A stretch of 49,858 nt of DNA, counting the filler, from Sphacelaria rigidula (taxonomy: Eukaryota): NCBI GenBank assembly GCA_964200075.2. It is 3 parts of 3 records of this genome, joined end to end, with 100 filler letters (N's around TTAATTAATTAA, not from the genome) between each part and the next. Parts side by side here need not be neighbours in the genome. Positions count along the whole stretch, not along the records: positions 1 to 16,554 come from CAXNAA020001315.1; 2 more parts are not named here. One strand, given 5' to 3'. The position numbers and the translations under genes were made by a program. The notes under the pieces are model-generated. The model had not been told where the DNA came from, searched no databases, and saw only the letters and a program-made list of their open reading frames with translations. Within the stretch, counting starts at the first letter, position 1, and every line of letters starts with the position of its first letter. Positions 1 to 11,839 of this stretch are shown one piece after another.

Positions 1-1300
1 GGATTATCCCCTTCGTTAAGACAGGCCCTTAGCGGCCGCAGGGAAGAGAACTTGGCCGTTGGATGATGACGTTTCAGTCAAGGTGACCGCTGGAAAATGA
101 CTTTGGGGTAGGTGTTACGGTAGTGAGGCCGCAGTGCTGGAGAGGGCCGCATACTCAAGACGTGCCCGAGGGCGTTCTGTTTGTCGATCAAGGAAAGTGT
201 ACCACGAGTCGTACGTGTTGCTGGGTGATACCAGAGATTTACACTACTACTGTGACTTGACTGTGTAATTCCAACCGGCATAAAAATGTTCTGATAGTAT
301 CCCCATGGTGTCAACCAATTGTAGATGATTCAAGGATGATCACCTGGTGCCCGCCTAGGCAGTGCCCGCGTCCGAACAGCTGTGTCGAGGGGCAATCTCT
401 AAAGGTCGGCATACTGCATAGCAACACAGGTAGAAGCGACAAATAAGAATCTTGTGAAGATGGTTTCGCTAAAGAAAGTGACCAACAAGCCACAGCTCTG
501 TATTCTTCATCCATGCTGGCATAATCTGTTCTAATGTAATTCGACCTCACGATCGACGAGGGAAAGGGAGTGCTGAACCCTTCTGTCGATAAAAAAAAAT
601 AAGGGACGCACCGCAGCAGGAAGGTGGAGAACTAAAACAAATAAAAAAGAAAAACTCCTATGTTGGCTTTTTTCCTGTGACTGCCGTCCAGAACAGATAC
701 CGGAAGGTGTAGACTGCCGTCCAGAACAGATGGGACAACACAAACACAGACACAACAAATACAGTTGCCCAGCCAAGGCTCGACGTACCCCGACCACCTG
801 CCGTGCAGCCGTAGCATACACAACTTGTACACCAGCCGGGCACAAGCCGGGAAAAGCTGTACATGCACGTCCTGCACACTACAGTACCTACTATTGTCAT
901 TATCCATCTGATCAGGTGGGTACCCACCCCTCCAAAGTAGGGTATCCCCCCCGTCGCCCATAATGAGATTTTCGGGAATCGGGGGTGGTGAATAACGTAT
1001 TCCAGTCTGTAAGGCCCTTTGTATGGCCGCAGTGTACAAGACCGAGTAGTAGACTGGCACACTGACACCCTCTCTCACGATTGTAGGTCGCATTAGATAC
1101 CACATCCCCTACAGAGATTTTCAAAGCTCATTTAATCCTCACCAGAAGCGATGCAAGGTCTGAAGCGGGCGGCGTTGCAACCATATTGTCGACAAAAAGT
1201 AATTGAGCTTTGGAAATCGCTCCTGAGGGTGTGGTATCTTGAACCACCTACGGTAGTTTTCCAGTGAACAGCAGTGGACACGTGGTGTACAGCAGCGGGT
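1..1300 (-). mobile_element. Highly decayed Ty1/copia RT-RNase H remnant, interrupted by a repeat at about 660-1017
   Basis: Stitched minus-strand frames give LLFVDNMV (YVDD-like, about 1180-1200), YLSLLPVLL..PTFRD (about 400-450) and FYAGW...SW...RQ...LEYAALSSTAA (about 130-290). These resemble copia RT and RNase H motifs in the expected order, with many stops and frameshifts. Confidence 0.45.
660..1017. repeat. Interspersed repeat A, copy 1 (includes an approximately 33-bp tandem GACTGCCGTCCAGAACAGAT pair at 679-731)
   Basis: 788-1017 aligns in direct orientation with 33309-33541 (CTGCCGTGCAGCC.TAGCATACACA...GGGAATCGGGGG.GGTGAATAACGT...CAGTCTGTAAGG). Confidence 0.8.
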
Positions 1301-1696
1301 AGTGCGCAAATTGATATCATAGCAGCGGCGGCATGCGGTGATGCAGCTGTCTAATAAATATCTTTCGTCATCGTGCAAGGGGTGGTTGATCACAGCGGGC
1401 CGGGTGTGGTATTGGTTACACTGATTTCATTTCTACGGCCACTATTCCGTGTGTTTCGATCGAATGAGCGCATACCTCGATTCTGCACATTCATCAGAAA
1501 ATAAAACGTGTCAAACGTCAGACATGCACAAACTCAAATGCGCGCTCTTTTTTTCAACGTTCTTCACTATCCCGATAACAGGAAACGTCCGCAGCATGCG
1601 TCAATTTTTTCATTTTTGGATGCCAAGCGATATAGATTTCGATATCACCAACCGAGGAAAAAACCCCATGAAGCCTGCAACAATTAGAATGTCCAG

Positions 1697-2075
1697 ACTA
1701 ATGCATGGGGTGTACTCATGATCATGCATGCCACAGTCATCAGACCGTTGACCTCGCATCCCTACAAAGCCGGGACGGAGCACGCCGACGAAAGATATTT
1801 ATTANNNNNNNNNNGTGCGTTCGGCGAGTCGCATGAAGGGTGAGCTGCATCCTGTTAAGATTCTTCGGCCCGAAGCCTACTGATTTATGTTATATTAGCC
1901 TCCAATGAGTTGCTTTATTTACTGGTATTACCACTTCCTGAGACAGCCACGGCTTATACGCTGCCTCATGGGTGCCTCACCACACTAATGGATGGGGCGT
2001 ACTCATTTGTTGCTTGCCTTAGTCGTCTGACCATTGACCACGCATCTCTTTCGAGACGGAGCACACTAATGGATG
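1697..2075 (+). repeat. About 285-bp tandem unit (roughly 1.3 copies), also present at 27010-27263 and 33149-33208
   Basis: ACTAATG.ATGGGG.GTACTCAT...GACC.TTGACC.CGCATC.CT occurs at about 1697 and about 1984. The block GCGAGTCGCATGAAGGGT...CCACTTCCTGAGACAGCC.CGGCTTATAC.CTGCCTCATGGGTG is shared with 27107-27263. Confidence 0.8.
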
Positions 2076-2449
2076 GGGGGGGAAATAAATCCAACACTCG
2101 TTAAACATGAAGGAAAGGCGAAGCGACACTACCATCCCCTCATTCTCCGAAGGACAGCTGTTTTCTTCTACAGTTATCTGCAGCTTTGCAGTGACCGTGA
2201 CCTCATATCTACTCCGCCACGCCACCCATATGTTGCCGTTGTTAAACATCCCCGCTGAATCCAATCAGCAAAGCCACGAGGCACCAGCGGTTACTCTGCC
2301 GCCTCCTATCCTCCGAATAGATACTGCATCCATTTACACACCGTGGAACCGCTCTACAGCTATACTCGTGGTTCGTGGTGTGTGCAGGCGACCTTGCAGA
2401 GTGGTGGATGGTGGGGCTTAATCAGCTGGGGGTCTGTCGTTCGGGAAAT

Positions 2450-2504
<55 letters not shown>

Positions 2505-2957
2505 TTCGCCCCGCCTCCACCACCAACAGCACCACCACAGAGCCGCGCCACTACATCANNNNNNNNNNGCTGGAGTTCAGGCGGGGGCCCTGCCGTTCGA
2601 AAAACCCCCCCCCCCCCCCTCCCCCCTACATTTCCCGTGACGACGGTTTCGAGATATTGAGCCAATGTGTCGAAAAAGGGGCCAAATATCGAGCGTATCG
2701 ATATTCGATATTGATATTAGATATTGATATTCGATATTGATACGTATCACATCTATCGGTCTTCTACGCTCCGATACTGATACTGCGTATCACCGATATT
2801 TATCGAAATCGTATTGATTATCGATATCCAATGTGCAACCCTGACTGTGGGTCATAGGGCTGGTTATTGATTACGAGTATTATAATAATTTTATTTGACT
2901 AGAGGACAATGGACAAAGGGGGGTACAATCCCCCATATTTCAGCCAAAATGTAGATA

Positions 2958-3579
2958 CAGTTGACCGCAAAAGTTGGAGCTGTCCGTGCCAGGCCCAAAC
3001 CACTCAAAAATCAATCCCCACGCGGAAGGCAAGGCACCCACAGCCCATGCAGAGCATATGCACCAACTTCCGCGAAAAAAGAGCCCGGTTCAGTCTTACG
3101 CCAAAAAAAAAAGAAAAAAATCGGCACATAATCCGACATCTTTTTGCCCCAATACGCACGCACACACTGCGCAACCCCAGATTCAGCAAGATGAGGTTGT
3201 TGTCTGTTGTCGAAGTTTCAGCGTAAAGCACTGGCAGCGCTTGCACGGGTGTGCCTCCTGAAATGAGCACCTCTACAGGCGTTATCAAGATAGATACCGC
3301 GTAGAATGACGTCATCCAGAGTGTGCCCAATACGGATCGATGTTTGTTTGCCGGGGCAGGATCCACCCAGCAGGTCCCCATCGTCGAACAAAATAGGGCA
3401 CTAACTCTGCGAGGTTCTTGCTTCCCGCGGTGCTGTTCGGCCTTGGATCGCATTCTTTTTTCGCGAAAGTTGATTGATGAACATGCACTCTGCATGGACA
3501 GTTGGCGCCTTGCCTTTACGTCGTGATTGATTGTTGAGTGGTTTGGGCCTAGCAAGGGCAGCTCCAACTTGCATGTCTG
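2958..3579. mobile_element. Non-autonomous Tc1/mariner-like element with about 130-bp TIRs
   Basis: 2967-3090 is the reverse complement of 3442-3572 (AAGTTGGAGCTG.CC.TGC.AGGCCCAAACCACTCAA.AATCAATC...). The left end reads TA|CAGTTGACCGCAAAAGTTGG and the right end ...CTG|TG (degenerate TA). Confidence 0.7.
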
Positions 3580-4436
3580 TGGAAGACACTTCTTTGCAGT
3601 GACATATCAGAGACTGATGCCACACATGTATGAAGAACCAGCGCAAGCAGGGACAATGTCGAAACGGTCAAGAAGGATCAGATCACCGAGGACGCTGTAA
3701 TGCCAACGAAACCAGACAACTCGGGGTGCTGCCAGGAAGAGCCTGTTATTAGTACTGTCCAACATTACCCGAGGAACTGGTCGCCCCTGGCGACCACTTC
3801 TCGTCTGACCCCCTTCTTGCCTATATATACAAGGGGAAATCATCGCCAGCCTCAGAGTTCCTTCGGCATCAGGACGGCAGTCTCCCCCGTAGGTCTCTGT
3901 CTACTCCAGCGATACGCCTTCCTCACATGTTTACCTGTACCCACTCACGGGCTAATATGGGTGGTGTATCCATTTTATTTTTACTATTGTCCTTTTATTT
4001 CGTCCCGTCAGGATACGGTCTGAGGTAGGGAAACGTATGTTTGCTTTATGCCTCTGGGTTTGTGGAGACGTGTTCGTACATGCATCACCACCACCACATG
4101 TGTGGCTGTGCTCGACCGCCGCTGCGACTTTGCTGTACTGAGGCGGAAGTGTGCTGCTGGCAGCTCTTGTGCACTAGCAACTGTGACGCGTGTCTTCTGC
4201 ACCCGTAACTGTGACGCGTGCCTTGTTTTACTAGTAGCTATGACGCGTGGCGTATACGTGTCAACAGGCTTTTTCTATGCCAGCCTCGTCTCCCCACCAA
4301 AACAACCATTCTGAACCTCCCGAAAGTCCGTTCACCACGTGTCAAACTAGGGGTTCGGTCGTTCGAATGGTCAATCCGATGGTATTTCCGTATGTCATGT
4401 ATTATCCGACCATGGGACACGATTTTCATGATTGCT

Positions 4437-4527
4437 TTGATTGATTGATTGATTGATTGATTGTCGCACTTTAACTGACCCCCCAAGGGTCCAGCTGTGG
4501 TCTCATGATAGACGTACCCAAGAAAAA
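4437..4527 (-). mobile_element. 3' end of a non-LTR retroelement (LINE/SINE) with a (CAAT)n tail
   Basis: The minus strand reads CTTGGGTACGTCTATCATGAGACCAC...GGGGTCAGTTAAAGTGCGACAATCAATCAATC. A near-identical copy is on + at 15367-15449. Confidence 0.7.
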
Positions 4528-5088
4528 CGGTATACTGGTTTAACGATCTTACTCAAGTCGTAATTGATTGTCCAACAAAGGTCTCACGATTTTCATGGCG
4601 CTGGTATGACTGTGTGGCGTAAAATCATGGACATATGTGATAATGTGAGATATCATAATAGTGCTTGGTGATGGATCGAGAGATGCGGTTAATTGGTCCC
4701 GATAAACTGCAACCTGTATGCGCACCTTTGTGCATTGTTCGTGTGCTCTACCCGTCGTCTTGGATATCTTATATGCCGACATCAACCCGCGGATTCGCCG
4801 TATACCACGTGTCGAGTATGTGCGTGTTCATTTGCTTCGGGCCGGCAACCGCTTTTCGTTTATTTATAGTCCGAGCCCTGATTAGAGCATAGGGAAGATG
4901 TCGTTTCAGTCGTGCGCGGCACAGCTTTCGATGACGAAGGCACGCTTCACATGTTTTTTCCCCTTCTCGTCTGCTGCAGAGTTGAGATGTCGGGACGCAT
5001 ACGGCTCGCTCTCGTTCAAAGTTGCCAAACATAAGTGTCGGTGGTTGTCTCACACAAATCTCCTCCATCCGAATGCGTACCTGCGCAG

Positions 5089-5996
5089 GTGCGAAAAATC
5101 TGCCTCGTGAACCACGCCCTCATTTACCCCAAAGTCCAGGAGGAGTTCATCGCCAAGCAACGTGCTATTGCAGGGCATTTCCGATGGGGTGAGATTTATG
5201 TCGTACATCTACATACAGGTGTTCCGGCGAGGACGGTACTGCTGCCGAGACACATTTTTGATGTAAAGTGCCACTTGCTGTGATTCGCAGCCCATTTTAG
5301 CCGTTGCATGGCGCACGCCGTGGCAAATGTGTCAAGTACCACGGGATGTTAGTTGACAGTGTATATCCCGTGGGTGTCGCCTGCAATGTCTTCGTCCCCG
5401 CTCGACTAGGTTTCCAGTCCTACGCGAATAATCCGGTGTTGATAACGACGCTGCGGAATCCACTGGAACTGTTCGTGTCTGGTGAGCAATACCTGAACCG
5501 CGGGAAGACGGCGACTTTGTCGGAGGCGACGACGTTCGTTGCAGACGCCATGCGCTTATCGCTGAGCCGTCGAAAGTTGCCCGGTTACTTGCATCGGTTG
5601 GTGGGCCGCAGTGTGTCGACGACAACAGAAATTCGAGAAGCAACCGTAGAAGCGGCGTACAATTTAGATACCTTTTGGCTGGTGGGAGTTGTGGAGCAGT
5701 ACGAAGGTTTCATAACCGTGTTGCAGCATTTACTGGATCCTTGGGATTTCCATCCAAATCTTTGGCGCGAGCATCTGGGCGAGAAGCTGAATGCATCGCC
5801 TGTAACTTCGACGAATGTGTTGGCGAATATCCCTCCGCAACTGCTTCGGGATTTTAATGAGACGTTAACGTACCAGTGGCTGGTGTACGGGCGTGCTGTG
5901 AATCTGTACGTCGATAGGTGTCTAGAAGTGCTGCCGAATGCATGGCAACGGGCTCAGCTGTGCCACGTGCCAGCGGCCCCTTCGGAGTATTGGTGA
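5089..5996 (+). CDS. Sulfotransferase-like protein, last two exons (5089-5188, 5410-5996); 5' exons not found
   Basis: A GT-AG intron 5189-5409 (phase 1) joins AIAGHFRW-G-FQSYANNPVLITTLRNPLELFVSG. The GHF motif, the TxLRxP..xxS 3'-PAPS-like motif and VGVVEQY resemble Golgi sulfotransferases. Stop TGA at 5994-5996. Confidence 0.65.
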
Positions 5997-6439
5997 TTTT
6001 CACCGATTTTTTCTCACCTCCTTTTTTTTTTGTTTATTGGTGACATTGTGCACCTCTTGTCGTGAGCCTGCCAGCGCTCAATTATCTCCAAATAGGAAGT
6101 GATGAGGTTCAGGTGTGGGGTTGTTGTGTGGTTACCCTGTGCTGATCAAATGTTTCAGTGTTGTCTGTGTAGACTCGTGTCTGGTGTATGCGTTCAAGAA
6201 GCATGTCTTCGATGTGGTGCGCAGCGCTTTATTCTGCTCATGCGGCTATTTTCTCCCCAGGTGGTTGGTCGGTAATGTGTGCATGCTGGTGCGTCTGCTA
6301 TGAACGATTGGTGTCATGTGCAGGTAGTTCTCGTTTGACCCAGCGAACTAGCTTTCACGTGTTGGTACAGTAGTGCAGTGGTAGTGCAGTATCCAACCTC
6401 TTCCCGTTTTTGCGCAGTGGAGTGCCTAGCGTACAGGAT

Positions 6440-7220
6440 GTGACACGTTTCCATTGAACAAAACAGTTATTTTCCCCCTCACCAAGTTGCAGTGTAATAT
6501 GGTAAGAGTGTGTCGTGCCTTGTTTCCGTAGAGCTCGTGAGTGAGAGTGATATGGAAATGTCGAATATCATCTTATTTCGTTTATATTTAAGTTCCCGTA
6601 TACTTTTTTCATCCAGAAGTTAGCCATATTTCGCGCCGTTAAGACTGAAGTGCTTGGTACCGATGATGTAGTGAAGAGGTTAGTTGGTCGTTCCCCGAGG
6701 CGCTTTGAGAGCTTCGACATGACTCGATGTATGGTGATTAATGGTGTTCGGGTGTATGATGATCTCCCCCCCCTCCGAACGAAATGTGTGAACTTCCCCT
6801 CCGTTGGCGTACGCGGTGCTAGGCTTAGTGGGGCCGTCAGTGGTGTATTAATAGTGGTTTTAGTTCTCCCATGTTGCTGCGACTGGTAGATGCTGCGATG
6901 CACGTCTATCCAAATACCCTGAAAAACCCTAGAGAACAATCTGATGACCGCCTGAGCATTTCCGAGGGAGGTTAACCAGGTTGTATTGCAGACGTACCGG
7001 TCGCCGCTGGTGTCGCGGAAGCTGCCGCCCCCGCTGCAGTCGCGAAATATCCGAAAGCGGTGTACAAAACCCGAACGTAGGCTGGTCAGGATCCTCTTGA
7101 ACGAGTTGTGCGCTCCCGACGTGGGCCAAGTGGGCTTGAGCATATATATTTCCTTTCAGGGCCTGCTGCTCATGACACTCCGCGTCGCTGTAGCTCTGAG
7201 TCTTGTGCTAAGAGCACCAT
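6440..7220 (-). mobile_element. Decayed Ty1/copia RNase H remnant
   Basis: Minus frames give ..SKR..TTSS..MANFWMKK.Y.NLNI and HITLQLGEGEITVLF, which resemble copia RNase H. There is also local similarity to the 1-550 remnant (GGHQIVL versus GGHQVII). Confidence 0.4.
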
Positions 7221-7224
7221 TTAA

Positions 7225-7662
7225 CACGGGATCTTACAAATTGGGGATTGATCTTTTATTGGGGATGAGAAACCCGGAGATATAAAATCTTCGTATCCAC
7301 ACTAATTTTTCGAAATGTGGTTCCATTTCTTTGCCTACTGATAGCTATTGACAACTGCTACACGCCATAGGAATTTGGATTTCGATCACCGAAATGTTGG
7401 GGTCCTAGATGAAGAAACCATTTTGGGGAATTCCGGGTGTCCGGACGGACCCCAAAATGGTTCCGATTTTTTTTTCACGTAGAACCCCAAAATTTCGGTG
7501 ATCAAAATCCAAATTTCTGTGGCGTGTAGCAGTTATTAATAGCTATCAGTAAGTGAAGATATGGAACCATGTTTCAAAGATTTGGTGTAGATACGAAAAA
7601 AAAATTTCTCCCGATTTCCCATTCCCAATAAAAGATCCATCCCCAATTTGTAAGACCCCGTG
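7225..7662. mobile_element. Fold-back MITE (about 438 bp, almost fully palindromic), Tc1/mariner type
   Basis: CACGGGATCTTACAAATTGGGGA...TCCCCAATTTGTAAGACCCCGTG; arms of about 200 bp pair throughout. TA flanks the right end and AA the left. Confidence 0.85.
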
Positions 7663-8644
7663 TAATTTATTTGGGCGAAGGATGACCGTCGCCGCTCTTC
7701 TTCCGCTTCTTCTTTCCTTGTACGCGGTTGGAGGGCTGCTGCTGGGTCGAACCGCAGTGATGGCCGTGGAGTGGGACGCTGCCAGCATCGCAACGCCACG
7801 TCCCGATGGGGACGGCGCCGACGGCTTCCACGAATGAATACTCTTCGATGTACATGTTTCTATTTACTCCAAATTTCGGTTAGGCTGAGGGCACGATCCT
7901 GGTGACTGGTTTGACGCTCGAAAGCGTAGGCCCTCGGATGGACACGAAGAATGACGTGTCCTCGTAGCTCTCATGAGGGAATTCCTCCCCCATATCCTCC
8001 AGACGAATCCGAGTGTGGCTCATCTTGGCGAAAAAAATAGAAAAGTTCTCCCCCCTCGTTCATGACAGGAGTCAGTCGCTGCACACGGTACGGACATGTT
8101 TGTGATTAGATAATTGAGCATCAGCTGTCACGGTTTGTACAACACTATTTGGTTCTCCTGTCGATCGATATTTGAATACTTTGTACGTTGGTGGAGAGGC
8201 AACAACAACTATTATATGGTTGATGTGTACAGTAGTCCATGCATAGTTATCCACATATTGTTCGTGTTTCTCTGCAACTGAAGTGCTCGCAACCTGGCTT
8301 GTCGTCCAAGCCATAATTTAACAGGGGATTTTAAAGATGGGAATGAGCTTTGTGTGTGAGTATGAAAGAAAAAGATTGTTTGAATTCGTGAGAAATGGTA
8401 CCCTTCCACGGCATCTTCGACGGCACCTTCTAGGGAAGTGGAGGTTGAACCCACTGATTGGGGGCCTTCACTTCGAAGGTAAAAGAACCGAGTTCAAAAG
8501 GTGGTGGAGATATGTACCTGGTACATCTGTCTGGCTGATGCCACCATCTATCGTTATTTACGCTACCGGTATTTCTTACGCCGGGTATGCTACCAGTAAT
8601 TGTTATGAGTTTTTTTTTTCCCTCCAACTTTGAACTCCTCCCCT

Positions 8645-8911
8645 TCCTCGGGATGAATCCGTGGTCTCAAGGGATCAACCAATCTCTCCCTCGGTACGCA
8701 CCTTTCATTTTGGTCTCGCGGATTGGGTCCGCACTCCCGCACCGCGTCAACTCACGCTACACAAACCTAGTCGACTACTTTGTTTACTAACGTTCTCACA
8801 CTTTCCACGGTGGAAATCACACGTTACGAAGAAAAAACCCAACGCATCGGGAACTGAACCCCCGTTCTCTCCACCCTAATGCCGACAGTCGGACCATTAC
8901 ACCACCGGGGC
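8645..8911 (-). mobile_element. tRNA-derived SINE-like element
   Basis: The minus strand begins GCCCCGGTGGTGTAATGG (A box 8894-8904), followed by a degenerate B box GGTTCAGTTCCC (8849-8860). No full cloverleaf is present; the 3' boundary is approximate. Confidence 0.5.
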
Positions 8912-9699
8912 GCGGCGGCAAGGGTTATATCGTCGAAGGTAGCTTCGAGGGGTACCATTTCCCACGATTTGGAACACTTTTTTTTCCCTCCCCATATGAG
9001 AATTTGCTCCCATTTTCAAGACTTGTTCGTTGTTGTGCGCTTAGCCAACAATGGAGTATCACCTATGACGTGCGGTCCTCGTGCGCAATACTAGTCGACG
9101 GGATATCTCAACGCACACGCTGGCGTCATTTGGGTATTGTTCCCATATTGAGGATGCAGTATGACTGAAGCGGAGCAAGAGCGTTAGTCGTAGCCCGAAT
9201 ACAGCGAAGAAGCAAGTGGTGGTTGATCGACACATCTGTGCAGTACGTACGTCCTCAAATGTGTTCAGGGGTGTATGGCAACCCCGGAACAGCAGTCGCC
9301 AGCGGTAGCGCATCCATGATATCAGTGAAGGCACTGCGAGGGTGTCCAGCGCGGCAGACATGTGTATTGGTGCGGATGCGGATACTGCGCAGAATGTGCA
9401 GCTGCTGTAACGGAAACTGCTGACACGATGCAACGACAGTTGCGGGTTGGCAGGGCAAGGCAGTGTCCCAACCGACGAGAGAGGATGTTTTCACGACGTC
9501 GTCCTACTCAGGGTTTGGTGACGAGCGAGGAGGAGGTCATATTGTGGCCATAGGATTCTAGGAATTGGAAAAGGCGGGAAATGAAGTGTCAGGGGAGAGG
9601 ATGATCGAAACAGGGAAACGGGATTGGGTTCGGCTTCTGTGGGTTGGTATCTGCGTCTCTGGCAGAAAATGGAAATAACATTGGGCTTGTGAAAAGTCA

Positions 9700-10900
9700 C
9701 GGCGCTGTAGTCAAGATGAAGCTGGACACCATCTGGGGTGAATTTGTGGCCCTGTGGAACATTAAAGCCGAGGAGACGAAGTGGGCAACTCTTCTGCTCG
9801 GGGTCAAGAGGGCGCTTCCATAAGTTTTCATACAATTCACAATCTAGTAACCAGATGAGTAAGGCGTGCGATGAGCTAAAACGGGCAGTCGTAGCATCAT
9901 CAAATACCAAAAGTGCGACATCCAACGCTGCGAGGAAGCAGTCGCGTTCCAATAAAAAACTGACGACAATAGTAGAGGACACTTTCTACGATAGCCCCCC
10001 TCCCAAGAAGGAGAAAAAAGTGGCTGGTTCGGGGAGGTGAAATTCACACGTATATCGAAATGAAACAAGCCGAGCACAACGAGCAGCTAAGAATTCCCAC
10101 GCTTGGATTCGTTTTTGCCAGTGTTGCCTGTACAAGGCGCTTCATGCACCCTGAAACAAAACTTCAGGCCATGTATGACCACTTTCTCCGTGACACTTTC
10201 GGGCTGATTTCGGAGGGGACTATCGTGGGAAGTGTCAAAGACGGCACGAGGCTTGATACCAATCAGTGACTGTACTGTTTGAAACGGAATCACAGATGGC
10301 AGAAATACCGATCATATCTCAACGCGGCAAACCTCCGGTTGAGCGACTACCCGAGATGAGTTCGGCATGAAAGTCCCCACCTGCTCAACAATAGGGCCGA
10401 AGTCACTTGGAAGGATAGATTGAAGGCATTCGTGACCGTGACCGTGGTGGTCGAAGCCGGGTGGGTTCACGGCAAATGTGGAGAAGTATCCGTGCTGACG
10501 TTAGCAAACAATTACACAAGAGTATCGATTCTTCCTGACTCGGGAGCGAATGTCCACACGACTGCCCGGAAAGAGGTCTTCAGGAACACGCGTATGGTCT
10601 ATCGATCTGAGAGGTATTATATTTCTACTTTATTACATGTAGTACCATGTATTGTGGAAATTTTGCTGTACTGAGGGGAAGGAGTGAGAAGAACGTCACC
10701 AACGGGAGAGGTGGGTTTGTCGATGAGAATTCATCGCGGAAGTGACTGTGTGAGACGCGCATGGTCATCATAGTTGACATCGAAACCAACGATGCACGCA
10801 TTGTAGTAGTCACTGAACACTTCGCATTTTGGCGGGGGTGTGGTGAGTTGCTTGTATTCGTGATCCTCGGAAGAAGGTTCAAACACCGCGACAGCTACAA
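9700..10900 (+). mobile_element. Decayed Ty1/copia gag-protease remnant
   Basis: ILPDSGANVHTTARKEVFRN (DSGA at 10537-10548) matches the copia aspartic protease motif DSGAxxH...F. The flanking frames are broken. Confidence 0.5.
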
Positions 10901-11839
10901 GTAAGCTGTGTCTCGCAGTGGGGTAACGCACGCAGTTTTCTGCCCGATATCATAAAATGAAACGGAATACATATTATTTCACGTTCATGCGGTGTTTTTC
11001 ATTTTTCGTAGGACGTAGATACGCGAACAAATCCCCCACCTGCAAACACAGATGGTTGTACTGCGTTTAAACATAAATGTCAAAACATTCATGATGTGGT
11101 GTCACTGCATTAGCTGATATGTACATGACAATGAATCCATCAGTCACGGGTTTGCGAAATGGAGTTGTTCACCAATAATTTTTTTGGTTTGTCGTGCAGT
11201 GCACACGGCGGTCACGCACTGGCCCATCTGAAACACGTTGCCCTACGAGACATCTACAGGTGTGGTCGAAAAAAGGGGGGAACATGATTTTTTTTTGCAC
11301 CTTGGTCTGAAATTATCAACGATATTTATTCGCCGCGGCTACGTGCGAGTAAGTTTACCCAATCAAGTTGCCTGCGAAAACTCTTATCGCTAAGGAAACA
11401 AGACCCGTATGGGCACGGTGGCACGTGCCAAGCTGGGGAGCACTCAGAGGGGCCTTGAGCGGGTGAGAGTTTCTCACTACCCCGGGCATCGCACATGCAT
11501 GAGGTGGCTGTCTACACGACTACCGCAAGACGGTCTACGTCAACTTTCGGGCAACTGGGGTATCCATCTAGGAATAATCGGGAAAACACTCGTGAATATT
11601 CTTACCTAGCTTCTTACAGTGACTTTGAACCAAAAAGTGCTGTGGAGAACAAACATCAAAACTTTTTTCGATAGGTCGAGGCAACCTCAACAAACCTTTG
11701 CAAACAGTAGGAGCACAAAAATAAACGGAATGGAACTACATCTATCAAAGCTCCACCAACACCTTTACTTTATATACATGAGCAGGAAAAATCAGACCGT
11801 GATATCTGCGTTTCAATCCTATAATGATCAAGCCGAATG

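Noticed and set aside
78-314. TPWGYYQ..MP.G resembling a Ty3/gypsy RT motif
   Set aside because: Neighbouring frames fit the copia RT-RNase H motif order better, and no gypsy YxDD follows.
1440-1444. CACTA pentamer as an EnSpm terminus
   Set aside because: No matching TIR or TSD was found.
2343-2740. Poly-Pro and poly-Gly ORFs
   Set aside because: They are produced by a poly-C run of about 54 nt next to a gap, with no coding signal.
8845-8911. tRNA gene (also the A-box-like TGGCGCAGTTGG near 13890 on the minus strand)
   Set aside because: There is no complete cloverleaf or intact T-arm, so it is treated as a SINE head.
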